Part shown: positions 11,956-24,500 of the stretch, one piece after another
How the letters are laid out: each line of letters opens with the position of its first letter
How positions within the stretch are numbered: position 1 is the stretch's first letter
Assembly: GCF_000150275.1 (NCBI RefSeq)
Contig: NW_002060965.1
Location: 248,001 to 312,000 of the forward strand
Source of the DNA: Trichoplax adhaerens
Lineage: Eukaryota; Animalia; Placozoa
DNA length: 64,000 bases
Direction: 5' to 3'
Made by a program: the position numbers and the translations under genes
Notes under the pieces: model-generated
What the model saw: the letters and a program-made list of their open reading frames with translations, nothing else
What the model was told of the DNA's origin: nothing
Database searches by the model: none

Positions 11956-13913
11956 GAATTACAACTTCCTGATAAGATCATAATCTGCAGACGGATTTAA
12001 TGAATAACTACAGTTATTAGATGGATTGTTGAAAACAACAGCCTATTAAATATGCCATTTTACGTCACTCTATGTATTAATTTATTCTTCACATTTATTG
12101 ATAGTGTAGGATATTGCTTTTGTTATAACAGCTGCATAATAAAATTAAGTCTTGTTATGAGATTTTAAATCATTTTTTTAAGAATACCGAATATTATGAT
12201 AAAATCGAGTCTTGCTATGAGATTTTACATTTTCCTTCTGAAAAAAGCAATGTCGGATATGTGACAGATTACTATTTAATAAATCTTAATATGGTAGTCA
12301 AGTAATAATTCCATGACAATTTATGTAAAAATATTCGCAATACTCTTCACCATTCTGCTTTCTATAGCATAATTATAAATTTAAGTTTGTTTTAACATTA
12401 CTCTGTGCAGAATTTTATATCTCCATCTTCAATTCGAATGATATTACATTTACAATTGGACCAATAAGATATCTATTCTATTAAACTACGTTGCGCTAAT
12501 CTGCAATGGCTACATATTATTATTTTTAACTCTAATAAATTAATTATTAATATTGGATGCTGAAATTTAGGCTATTCTGTGAATGAAGTTATCCGCTTAG
12601 GTATTGTTGTAATTCTTCATACATGTTAAACATTGCAATTATAGGTCAAAAGTTTTCAAATTCAAAAGTCATGTTAATTATAAGTGAGAATAATTAATTA
12701 TATACAGCTCAAATATTTATTTATACTTAATATCGAGATCGTTATTGTAGAATTAGGATATTGAAGAAAACATAATATACGGGATACAGTCGTTGATCGC
12801 TAATAAATTATAGTCCTTTAAATTTGTGATTATAGTTCAAAATTTATTATGATATCATTGACATCGGTTACCGAGTCATTCTATTTTTTTTCGCTAGTTC
12901 TTGCTCTAAAGAAAGTTATGGATAATTTTATTTCGGTACAATTCATTTCATTAGCCTATATAATACCGTACGTTTTGATGCTTTTTACATTTCTGCACAA
13001 TATATATATATTGAACGTAGATCTATACTCTCAGATACACACGTGTACAGCAACAATTAAGCTACTATAAACACTTCATTTATACATCGGAACATTATCA
13101 TTGGAAACCTTTTGTTCATGTTTTTCAAAATGATAATGGCCAGAACTGGACAAGCGAATCTAAATAGATGTTATTTGATATTCACAAGGTGATTTAAGCT
13201 TTAATGTCAGTTTAATAGCTATAGTACGGTACTTTACTTCTCAGGTGCAATCATATGTGATTTTACACCTTTGAAAGCTTTTCAAGTAAATACGCTGCAC
13301 GATATACATAGGATATATTACACGAATAAAACAAGACATAATCTTATTTTCTCGATAATTTATGTTCATTTAGAAGCTTTAAAGCTTTGCTTCAATACAT
13401 TTATCCTGTTTATATCCGGTATATTGTACAACTTTCTTATACAACTATGAAACAATACTAATAAAATTATAGCAACCTTTAATTAAAAATCTTGAATTAG
13501 AAAAGTGGCTTAGACCTTTGATATACTGCTTTCCTTTTCAATGTTCTTAGTGATCGCGGCTGGTAAATAATTTTAAAGTAACGATGTAACTTCAGTCACA
13601 TTGCTACTCAATTTGACTTTTGCTGACTTCAAGTAGTATCAGAATTGTGGAAGAAAAAGAGTATCTATTGATAGGCAATAAATTTTGCATAAATCATACC
13701 AACACTACATAACATTCTGGTATGGTGCTATGCACTCTTGAGCATTAAAAAGCCATAACATTTTTACCTAATAACTAATAAAAAGTGCATAAACTGATAT
13801 GAGTAATACGTAATTAGCGAAGAAGTACTAGCATGTTACAAACATCAACTGAGGAATACGATTACTGCTCTATCCTTCCACTTATAAATTTCAGCAAGAA
13901 CGCGATATTCACG

Positions 13914-16900
13914 TTACATTTTAATGTAAATAAGTTCCATTTTTTGATGAAGAATTTTAACCTTTGAATAGCTACAATCCGGATAGCTTACTAGGATATT
14001 GAGTGCTTTATGGTACGCAAATAATGCCCCAGTATAGTTTTGTTGATTGAAATAAACGTCACCAATGCCATTATAGGAGTTAGCAACAATAAAATGATTA
14101 CTTCCTAATATTTTCAATCGAATATCCAGCGATTTTTGAAGGTAGAATAAAGCATCAGCATGTTTTCTTGTCTCTTGTAAGCATTCCCAATTGCTTGATA
14201 AGCTACTGCAACTCTGATATCCCTTTTATTCAACAGACTTTGTCTGATATCCAACGATTTTGGATAGAAACTCATGGCATGATTCAATTCATCTTGTTTG
14301 AAATAGATATGACCAATTGCAAGATAGCAATTAGCAATGTCCAGATTTTCTTCATCTAATAAATTCAGTCTAATTCTCAACGATTTTTTATACATAGCTA
14401 AAGCATCGTGATAGTTTTCTTGCTTAAGATAATCATTAACAAATGCGCAATATGCATAAGAAACCTGTAATTTATCTTCTCCAAGCAATAATATTTGAAT
14501 CTTTAAAGGTTTCTGATGCATAACTATCGAATCAGCATACCTCTCTTGCCTCAAGTAGACATAAGCTATGCGAGAGTATATCCAAGAAACAACAAGATTA
14601 TTATTTCCTAACAACTCTAACCGACATGTAAGACAGTTTTGGTACGTTGGAATTGCTTGTTCGTGCATATACATTAGAGTGTAGATATCTCCAACGTAAT
14701 AATAAGAATTTACAAAATCTGCATGACTACTACTTAAGACTTGTAAACGAATTTCTAATGATAGATTAAAATTAGCCAGTGCTTCGAAGTATTGATACTG
14801 TTTTTCGTAAGTTTTGGCTAAGCAATGACATAAATCACTTATAAGTAAGTCGTTTTCACCTATAATATTCATAACAATACAGAGCGATTCTTGATACATG
14901 GCTAAAGCATCACTATAGCGTGCTTGCATATAATAAACATCACCAATCGCGTAGTATATAGGGCAGGTATAAACGTTATTCGTAGCATAAATTTTTAATC
15001 GAGTAGTCAGTAATTTTTGATAAATACTTAGAGCTTCAGCATGCTGAAGTTGCGAAAAAAGGGCATCGCCCATGGAATGATGTGAATCAACCACAGGCAA
15101 GCTCGTATTTCCAAATAATTCGAGAGTTATTTTTAAAGATTTTGGGAAATAATTTAAGGCATCATCGCATTTACCCTGAGAGTAATAGACATTACCTATG
15201 CCTGAATATGCATTTGCAACGTAACTATTACTACTACCTAGGATTGATGTTATCATATTTAAGGACTTATTAAACATGATAAAAGCATCGTAATATTTAT
15301 CGCGTTTTAAATAAATGTTGCCCATGGCAAAATAAATCTCCGATACAGCTATATTAATATGGCCCAAAACTTCAATCCAAATTGTTAGACTTTCTCGCAA
15401 AATGGACATTGCTTTTTGGTAATATTTTAGATGACAATAAACTTGACCCATTCCTGTTTAAGAATAAGCTATTTCAATATTTACTTGCCTAGAATTTTTT
15501 GCTTTATATCTAGCGATTTTTGATGCCATTGAAGAGCATTGTCGTAGTTCCTTGCTCGCAAAAGATCTTACCCATATAGCAACATACAAACTATTATTAC
15601 CTAACAACTTAGAGCTAATTTTAAGGCATTTTTGATACATTTGCATTGCTTCATCATTTCTTCTTTGCTCGCCATAGATGTCTCCAATGCCAAAATAGGC
15701 CAATACTGCTCGTAAACTACCATCATCCATGCCTGCTATTTTTCGACAGATATCCGAAGATATCTCGAATATGGTTAAAGCATCCATGTACTTATTTTGC
15801 TTCAAGTAAATTTCACCCATTCCAATATAGCAATCAATAACAACCAAATTATCATTAGCGGAAATATTAATAATAACAATATCCAAAGATTTTTTTATAC
15901 ATATACAGTGCATCATTGTATTTCTCTTGCCTACAGTAGATTAAGCCAATTAGTAAGAGTAAATTAGCCGCCTTCAAATTCTTGCTTCCTAATATTTCCG
16001 ATCTAATTTTTAGGCACTTTTTAAATATCACTAAGGCATCTTTATATTTACACTGTAAAGTATAGACCTTGCCTATAGCAAGATAGGAAGACGCCATGAG
16101 TAAATAAGTATATCCTAATATTTCTAGTTTTCGATGTAATGATAACGTCTCTTCGTATTCTTCCTCATAGCGATAGGCATCGCCAATGCCTAAATAAGAG
16201 CATGGATCATAAAATTCTTTAAATCCTAATATATCGAGTCTCAAGTTCAAATATTTTTGGTATATTATAGGATCTTCATCGTATTTATCTTTTGAAAAAT
16301 AAACATCATCAATGCTATGATGTTCATTTGCTGCAGCTAGGTTATTTTGTCTTAAAATATCCAGTCTAATATAGAGATTTCTGGTACATGATTAATGCAT
16401 GTTGAAATTGATTTTGTGCAAAGCAAAGATGTCCTAAGGCACTATAGGTATAGGCCATGTCTAAGTGACTATCACCGAGTGCTTTAATTTTAGAGGTAGT
16501 GATTTACCGCAATAATTTAATGCTTCCGTAAACATAAGTTGGCCCCTTTTGATCTTGCCTAGACAAAGCATTTAGCGATTCTAACTTAATCATTAAGAGC
16601 TACGGCTATCATTTGTGCTTGGGAAATATATTCCTTAGCCTGCTCAAGTTGACATAATGCACAATATGTTCTAAACATATCCGCAAAAATATCAATACGA
16701 AGCTACTTATAACCTTCGATGTCATCTTTCATGGTCTTCAATTTTCTAGAGCCATTCCATATTGAAATTTTGTAATTTTAATTTCTTCTAAAGTGAAATG
16801 GCGATGGCCAGTTTTCCGAATAGTTTTTAGTTCCTGGATTATAAGATTTTCTATTGAATCTTGAAACGAAGTTTTAATATCTTTAACATGTTGAATCTCT

Positions 16901-16943
16901 TGCTTTCGATTGTAGTCGAGTCGATTTTAATGTTATCATCCAT
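13914..16943 (-). pseudogene. Frameshifted TPR-repeat pseudogene (originally about 1000 aa)
   Basis: ORF fragments 13914-14117, 14114-15451, 15458-15916 and 15867-16250 are consecutive TPR pieces in different frames. Upstream, 16450-16850 translates with stops as IQELKTIRKTGHRHF...LRIDIFADMFRTYCALCQLEQAKEYISQAQMIAVALND*VRIAKC, homologous to the N-terminus of the 1428-aa gene. Candidate ATG at 16943. Confidence 0.85.
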
Positions 16944-19537
16944 CGTTGATGTTGAAAAAAATTATGTTAAAAAATATTGTCAATATTTCCAATTAAATAA
17001 CGAATATTTTTTTCATTAAGCCATTTATAATGTATTGTACCTTTAACTAAATATTAATGTTTCCATTTATATATATATATATAATAAGTTGTATAGGATA
17101 CATGGTACAAGCAAGTAATTAGTACCGCAACATTCTGAAATTTTACTCACCAAAAAATTATTAATTTTACTTGTTTCACTTATATTCTGGACTCAATCTC
17201 AATTCTCGTAGATGCATTATTGACCCCTTAAGATTCTTCCCATATTTTAACAATGACCGACTATAATTCCATTTATGTTGATCAAAGGTTTGGTATTGTA
17301 ATGTTTAAAATAGATTAAAATATATTATTGGGCCCTGGCTCATGATGAAACAGTGAAATATCCAAGATTGTTAATTTCTGAACCTAACGTAGTAGCAGTG
17401 AGGCTATTGCAGGGATCTATATATAGTAAAATTATAATAATACCTTCGCTAGGTCACTAGCTGAATCAAAATTTGATAGAAACTGGAACGATCGATTTTC
17501 TGTATAATATTGTACTTCATTCAGAGGATGCATTAGTAGAATTGTTGAATATGCATACATTACAAGCTTCGATCACATTGATCAATAGAAATTTGCTGTA
17601 TTATTTTTAAATATGTTCACAAGCATGCATTTATCATCTCTAGCAGCTACTAAGCAATTTAATGGGTCTATGTATAATTTATAATCGAATAGACATAAAT
17701 TGGAGCAGAATCAATAAAGACCATAAACATTGTTGCTTGTACTTCCTTTAGTTTACTACCATTATTGTTGCTTTCTATATAGTCTATATTCTTCCAATTT
17801 CTATTTGAGTAAAGTAAGTATTATATCAAATAATTATAGGTTTTATACTATACTAATTTTAACAATTGTGCATCAATGGAAATGTTAATTTGGACAATTT
17901 ATCGCTGAAGTGAATCTGTAGAGTAGAAGTATGTTGCTAGATTGCATTTATAGGCATTATTCGATAAAGTAGCGTTTTATTATCATTCATATTTTATGTT
18001 TATAATCTATCCTGCTATTAGCAACCAGATGTTTCATAAAGGATTAAACTATAAAGTTTTCTTCATGCCCATTAATCTTAAAATTACCAAAATATATTAT
18101 TCTTCTTGACCGATTTTTACTTACAATTAGATAGTACCTGTTATGTTCTATTTATTGATTGATCGTATAATTGAGTTTATGTAGTTTTGGTACTATTTTC
18201 ATCTTTGCATTGCTATTAATACTTAATTTAACACGCTTTTATGCACTCCTCTATCTGAAAATTATCAAAGCTATTATCTTCTAGGTATAATCATTCTATA
18301 TCACTTTCAATCTTCAAAGTACTGAATAAGAAAACTCAAAAAGAGATAATTAGTTCAAACTCATACAGTAAGGCAACGTGCTTCTTTTAGCCATTGCAAT
18401 CATTGACGATGATGTGAGTGCTTACTCAATTACAATGCAGCAGACAATTTGGATGTTTGTCTCGAATTAAAATTATGACCTAAATAAATCAATTCTTTAT
18501 GAAGAAATAGTTTATTAAGAAAGTATACATCGCATTACCTTTATCAAAGAACTCTTTACACTGATATAGGCTCTCTTAATAAATTTTAAGTAGTTTGGAT
18601 CATAATCTACGCGTGCTATAGATATCCGTTAAAAATTTTAGCATCTAGAACAGAATTTTACGATGAATAATCAAACTTTTATGTCTTTCGTAGAATTTTT
18701 TCCAAGCAGACTTTCTGTAACCCGTTATCGATCAGCAGAAATAATAAGCATAAATAAATAATAGATTCCTGTATTTGACAAGAATAATATCATCGTAATC
18801 TAGGATAGTTATTCTATGCTTAGTTCACATTATACGACTTAAGTTTGCTAATGGTAGCAGCCAAAAGCTATTATAGTCATAATAGCAGTTATATTTCAAA
18901 GACTTTAATATCGGTATACGATGATACAATACAATCACTTCTTGAATGTATAAATAATTATCTAGTTGCGATCAATGCAACTAGTGTAGTTGATTATGCT
19001 TTTTCGGTACAACAGTTACAAATCATTATTAAAATTTTTATTAGCTGCCGGCATTCTTTTCATCTAAAAGATACAGGGTCTTTAATAGTATGAAATTTCA
19101 ATTTATTCAATATTTTATTCCTACACTTTTATGATTTGTGCAGTACGACTTAAATCGAGTATAACCACTAAGCACTATAAATCAGCACGTTTCTGGATCT
19201 CTATTTTACCTATAAATTGATCATATTTTCTCCTATATATGCATTACAGTAGTGTCTCATGCTTTAAATTGAATGCGTGCAAGATTTACTATCTGATCAT
19301 TATCTTTAAATAATATAAATAAAATTTTATAATATATCATATGCTTAACAAGCAGTGTCATTGAGATTATGTTGCTAAAATATTCTTTACAGTAATGAAT
19401 TTCCAAGTATTATATAGCAGCCGGAAGAATTTCCTAATCCGGTTGTGTTATATTTGACTTTAAATATCGGCATATGTGATCCTTTAGTTATGAATTTGTG
19501 TAATTTTTCGTGAAATAAGCAATTCTTCATTAATCTG

Positions 19538-19973
19538 TGTAACAAACGAGCTTCGTGACAAGGATAACGTAAAACAAATCTCTAAATTACTATAGTCTCC
19601 GGGATTCAGTATCCCTACTTACAAGAATTTAGACGCCTTTGATTCTACGTTAAACTCAACTAGACCAGTGAGAACTGCTTTATTCAACTATCTGACGGGC
19701 TTATATACCCTTCTACAGCAGCTAACATTCACAAGTCATCTTATAAAAATACTTAGGTGAGAACATCTACTAACTAGATTTTCATAGTCGGACTACAATA
19801 TGTCCATTCACAGAATCATTTCAGTACACATTACAGCACAGCAATAAATTTACTGTAACACATTTATAATTAGAGTAATTCCTATTGTAAGGAACTAGAT
19901 GTAATATATTGTCACTATATTATATTAACCAAATTTAGATAACTATTTCTTCACGGTAGTTCGTACCGTGACA
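19538..19973 (-). mobile_element. Solo LTR family B, copy 2 (436 bp)
   Basis: Reverse complement of 6124-6560 with scattered substitutions. Perfect TSD ATCTG at 19533-19537 and 19974-19978. Confidence 0.88.
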
Positions 19974-19976
19974 ATC

Positions 19977-20529
19977 TGTTACGGTGTTGCCTTGTCATTA
20001 GGATAGTTTACTAAGTACAGTAGTAGCTAGTATGGAGAATATCCATATTTGTAGTGCTAGGTAAGATAAGTAATGCCTTAACGTGGATGTTGTTTGTAAT
20101 AGTTCATTACATACTTGATATTGATTGTTATGGTGTGACAGATAGCAGTAAGATGATTCAAGTTCTAGTTGATGATAGTTGAATTAGACCACCTGCGAGC
20201 TTAGCTTAGATTAAGTATGAGTAAGAGATTCAAAATATTTACTGATAGAAAAGCTAAGTAAGGAACATCTCACTTCGCGATGTTTTCCTAGTAAGGTATA
20301 ACAATAAAGCTGTTGTTGTTTACAAATTAGACGGTTCCTATATAAATGGGAACATTTGAGTTCAGTGTGGTAAAAAGTTGTAGATGTACAATATCTGTGC
20401 TAATAAAATTTTCGTCTTTACAGTCTTTTGCTGTGTGTGTTTAACGTTAAGAAAAAAGGGCGCTTGAGTCAGTAGCTAGTTATAGACTTTTACTGTACGT
20501 TACCTTGTCGCAGAAGTGAAATTGTGACA
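19977..20529 (+). mobile_element. Solo LTR family C (553 bp)
   Basis: Termini TGTTACGG...TTGTGACA. TSD TAATC at 20530-20534 matches 19531-19535 once the later B2 insertion is removed. TATATAAA at 20339 and AATAAA at 20402. Confidence 0.82.
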
Positions 20530-21571
20530 TAATCATTTATAGAGTTGTAGCATACATTAATTGTCCTCAGTTAGACTTTCAGTTAGCATTGGAATTACAA
20601 ACTCCACTTTTTACTTAAATTATTATTGGCTAATTAATATCTTTTAAATTGAAGTATCATCTACTTATGGAACGCCTACGAATTCACAATTGTGGCAATG
20701 CCATTTGAGATAAAATTGGAGCTACCTGGTAGACTTTTCACTAATCACGTATATTGCTTACTAACAATAAAACTAAATAGCTGTAATCTACGACAGCCAC
20801 ATAACATTGGTAAATTATAATCAAAGACAATATTAGAAATTAAGTAACATTAAAATCAGCAAATAGTAGGATAAACACTGATCATGATAGTTCTTATAAA
20901 TATACAGGCCTAGCAAAAAATGTGCATTATATTCAAAATTACCATCGAGTTATGATTAGTAGTCCTAAAAATTTACGTATGGGGATTCTCTTCCGATACT
21001 TATTATAATTAGAATGGATTTATATCATAAATTTGTTTTAAATTCCTAGTTATGATACACCGATACAAAATTTTAGCAATTTATCACTTGGGATAGTTTG
21101 CATCTGCTGTGACACATTCATTCTTGAAATATCATCGATTATAGAATATAGAATACTTATCGTATACTAACATCTACCAATGATAATGATTCATTTGGCA
21201 TTTAGCTAGACGCTTGAAATTCTTGATTGAACATAATATCTACTTCATTTGAGTTCCAAATTCCATTTAATAAACGACTACAGCGTAGGACAACAAAATT
21301 TTTATAAGTAATTACCTTTTTGATGTAAATTGATTCCAAAGTCAAGAAACATAGCCTCGGTAGTATGATTGAGTTATAAAACTTAGATACGTAAACCCAT
21401 TTAATTAAGAGTAGTTTCTTCACTAATTGACGAATTTATGGTATCATCACATTCCTTTCCTTCCTCACTTTCTTCTATTGGTCTAATAGAAACTATTTTA
21501 GAAATATAAAATTACAAATCAATTATTAGTTTTCGAGAGTGTTGATGAAATTTTCAAATTTCAATTGTCTA

Positions 21572-24500
21572 TCAAGTTAAGTTACCTTGATAATCACCGT
21601 CATACTTAATTGAAGTGGGTGCTGTCAATTCCTGCATTATTTTTTTGTCTAGAATAACTTTACCATGGCTAGAAAATGCCAAACGTAATACGCTAGCTTT
21701 GACGTATTTGCGCTGTTTTTCAAACGCTTTACTCAGCTTGTTGTATAAAGCAGTAATTAAAGGATGATTTCTAGCGAAATTTCTCAAGGCAATCTTGAGC
21801 GATTTTTGATATAATGTTGAGGCTTCTTCGTACTTGCATTGTGCAAGATAAACATCAGCAATACCATAATAACTTTCGCAAATCTTAATATTATTTGAAC
21901 TTAGTTTTGCTTGACGAGTTTTTAGCGATTGATTAAACATTGACACAGCATATTCTAATTTATTTTGAGCAAAATAGACTTCTCCAATCCCGTGATAGGA
22001 ATCAGCAACGTATAAGTGAATATCACCTAAAATATTTCGGGTCATGGCTTGACATTTTTTATAGAATTTTAATGCGTCGCGGTATCGATTTTGCTGTGAG
22101 TAAATGTGAGCAATATGATAATAAGACGAGGCAACACGAAGATTTGAATCTCCTAATACCTGTAATCGAATTTCTAAAGACTGATTATATTTATTTAATG
22201 CATCGTCGTATAAATTTTGCTGAGCATAAACATCTCCAATACCTTCAAATGCATTGGCAACCAGTAAATTATTGTCACCTAACAATTTTAAAGGAATATC
22301 AATGCATTTTTTATACATTTCTAGAGCGCTCTCGTACTTTCCTTGTTTACAATAAACCTTTCCAAAATTACGATATATCCGAGAGACGTGGAGACTATCG
22401 TAATCTATAGTGTTAAGAGTGACATTTAGAGATTTCTGATACGTTAATAGAGCATCGTTTAATAAGTCCTGCTTCCAGTAGATGTTACCTATATCACAAT
22501 ATAAGGAGCCAATTTCTAAATGATTTTCTCCTGTTATAGCCAGTCGAATATGTAGTGCTTTTTCATAATTGAATAAAGCCTCTTTAAATTGATCTTGCTT
22601 GTACAAGACTTTTCCAATGCGATAGTAGGAATAAGCAGCGTAAGGGTTTTCCTTTCCTAAAATATCTGTTGTTAACTGAAATGATTTCTCGTACATTGCC
22701 ATAGAATCATTATAGTTTTCCTGTGAGTAATAAACGTTTCCAATGCCATGATAAGAAGATGCAATATGTAGATTATGATCACCGAATAATTTTATTTTAA
22801 TGTCGTAAGATTTCTGATACATTACCAAAGCATCTTGGTAAAGGTCTTGTTCCATATAAACATTGCCGATACCATGATAGGAGTTAGCACTATTCAGATT
22901 ATTCATACCCATGATATCTATCGTAATATCTAACGATTTCTGGTACATGGACAGAGCAAGATTGTACTTCGCTTGTGAGCAATAAACGTTACCTATGCTG
23001 TGATAAGCCCCTGCGACGTCCATATTATGACTTCCTAGTAATTGCATGCAAATATTAAGTGACTTTTCATACATTTCCAGAGCACTACTATATTTACCCT
23101 GATGATAATGAATATCACCAATTCCCATATATGTACTTGCAACACCTAAATTATGATCACCAGAGATCTCTATAGTGATATCGAGAGATTTGTGATACAT
23201 GGATAGAGCATCATCAAATTGAAGTTGAGAGTTATGAATGTGCGCAATATAGTGGTAAGAATCAGCGATATCGCAATGTTTTTCACCAAGTAATCGTTTT
23301 CTCATCGATAAAGATTTTTGATACATAGCTAAAGCTTGCTCATCTTTTCGCTGATAGTAATAGACGTGGCCTAATCCATGATATGAATTGGCAATTTCAA
23401 TATGATCTGTATGTCCAAGTAGGTGAATATGTAAATCCAATGACTGTTGATACATAGGTAATGCATCTTCGTATTTATCTTGCCTCCATAAAACATATCC
23501 TATACTATTGTAAACTTGAGCCACTTCTAAATTTTCCTCACCTAAGTTTACCCTCTTAATATTAAGAGATTGTCGATACATAGATAATGCCTTGGCATAT
23601 AGAGTTTGAGAATAATAAATATCACCAATGCGATGAAAAAGATTGCTAACATCGAGATGATTTTCTCCCAATATATCAAGTTTATAGTTAAGCGCTTTTT
23701 GATAATTTTCTAGAGCTGTATCGTATTCATCTCGCTGCCAGAAAATGTTTGCTATTCCTTGATATAAATTTGCCACCACTATATTATCTGTTTCTAGTAA
23801 CTTTAATCGTAGATTCAAAGATTTTTCATAGACTACCAATGCTTCATCATATCGATCTAGCTTTCGATAAACATCTCCGATCTGATGATATAATGTAGCT
23901 ATGTCAGCATGAGCATCATCCATTAACGCCAATTTCATATCCAGAGCGTCGTGATAATGGGATAAGGCATCGTTATATTTAGATTGTGAATAGAAAATAT
24001 TGCCCATTTTATGATGTATTTCAGTTGTAGCAAGATCATTTGATTCTTGTAATTGCAATTTAATTTCTAATGACTTTTGATACATCGGTAGAGCACAATA
24101 ATTCTGATTTTGGGAATAGTAGACATCACCAATGAGGCGATAAAGATGAGCGGTATTAATATTATTGATCCCTAACTTTTCCAGGCTAATATTTAACGAT
24201 TTCTGAAACATTAAAAGAGCACCATCGTAGTTATTCCATTTATGATGCAGATTTCCTCCTTTTTGATATAATTTAGCCACTTGTAAATGATTATTACCTA
24301 GTGATTCTGTTGCTAGTTGAATCGATTTCTCATATTTTGCCGAAGCAGTATCAAAATTATTTAATGCATCATAGATATCTGCAATTTCTTGATAAAGATC
24401 AGCGATCTCGATACCTTTATCTCCTAAATTTCTGATGCTAATTACAAGAGATTTTTCATACATTTCTAAGGCTTTATAATAATTAAATTGTACGTAATAA

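Noticed and set aside
21940-22410. 156-aa plus-strand ORF and other short ORFs overlapping TPR or GPCR genes
   Set aside because: Antisense or alternate-frame shadows of real coding sequence with no recognisable motif.
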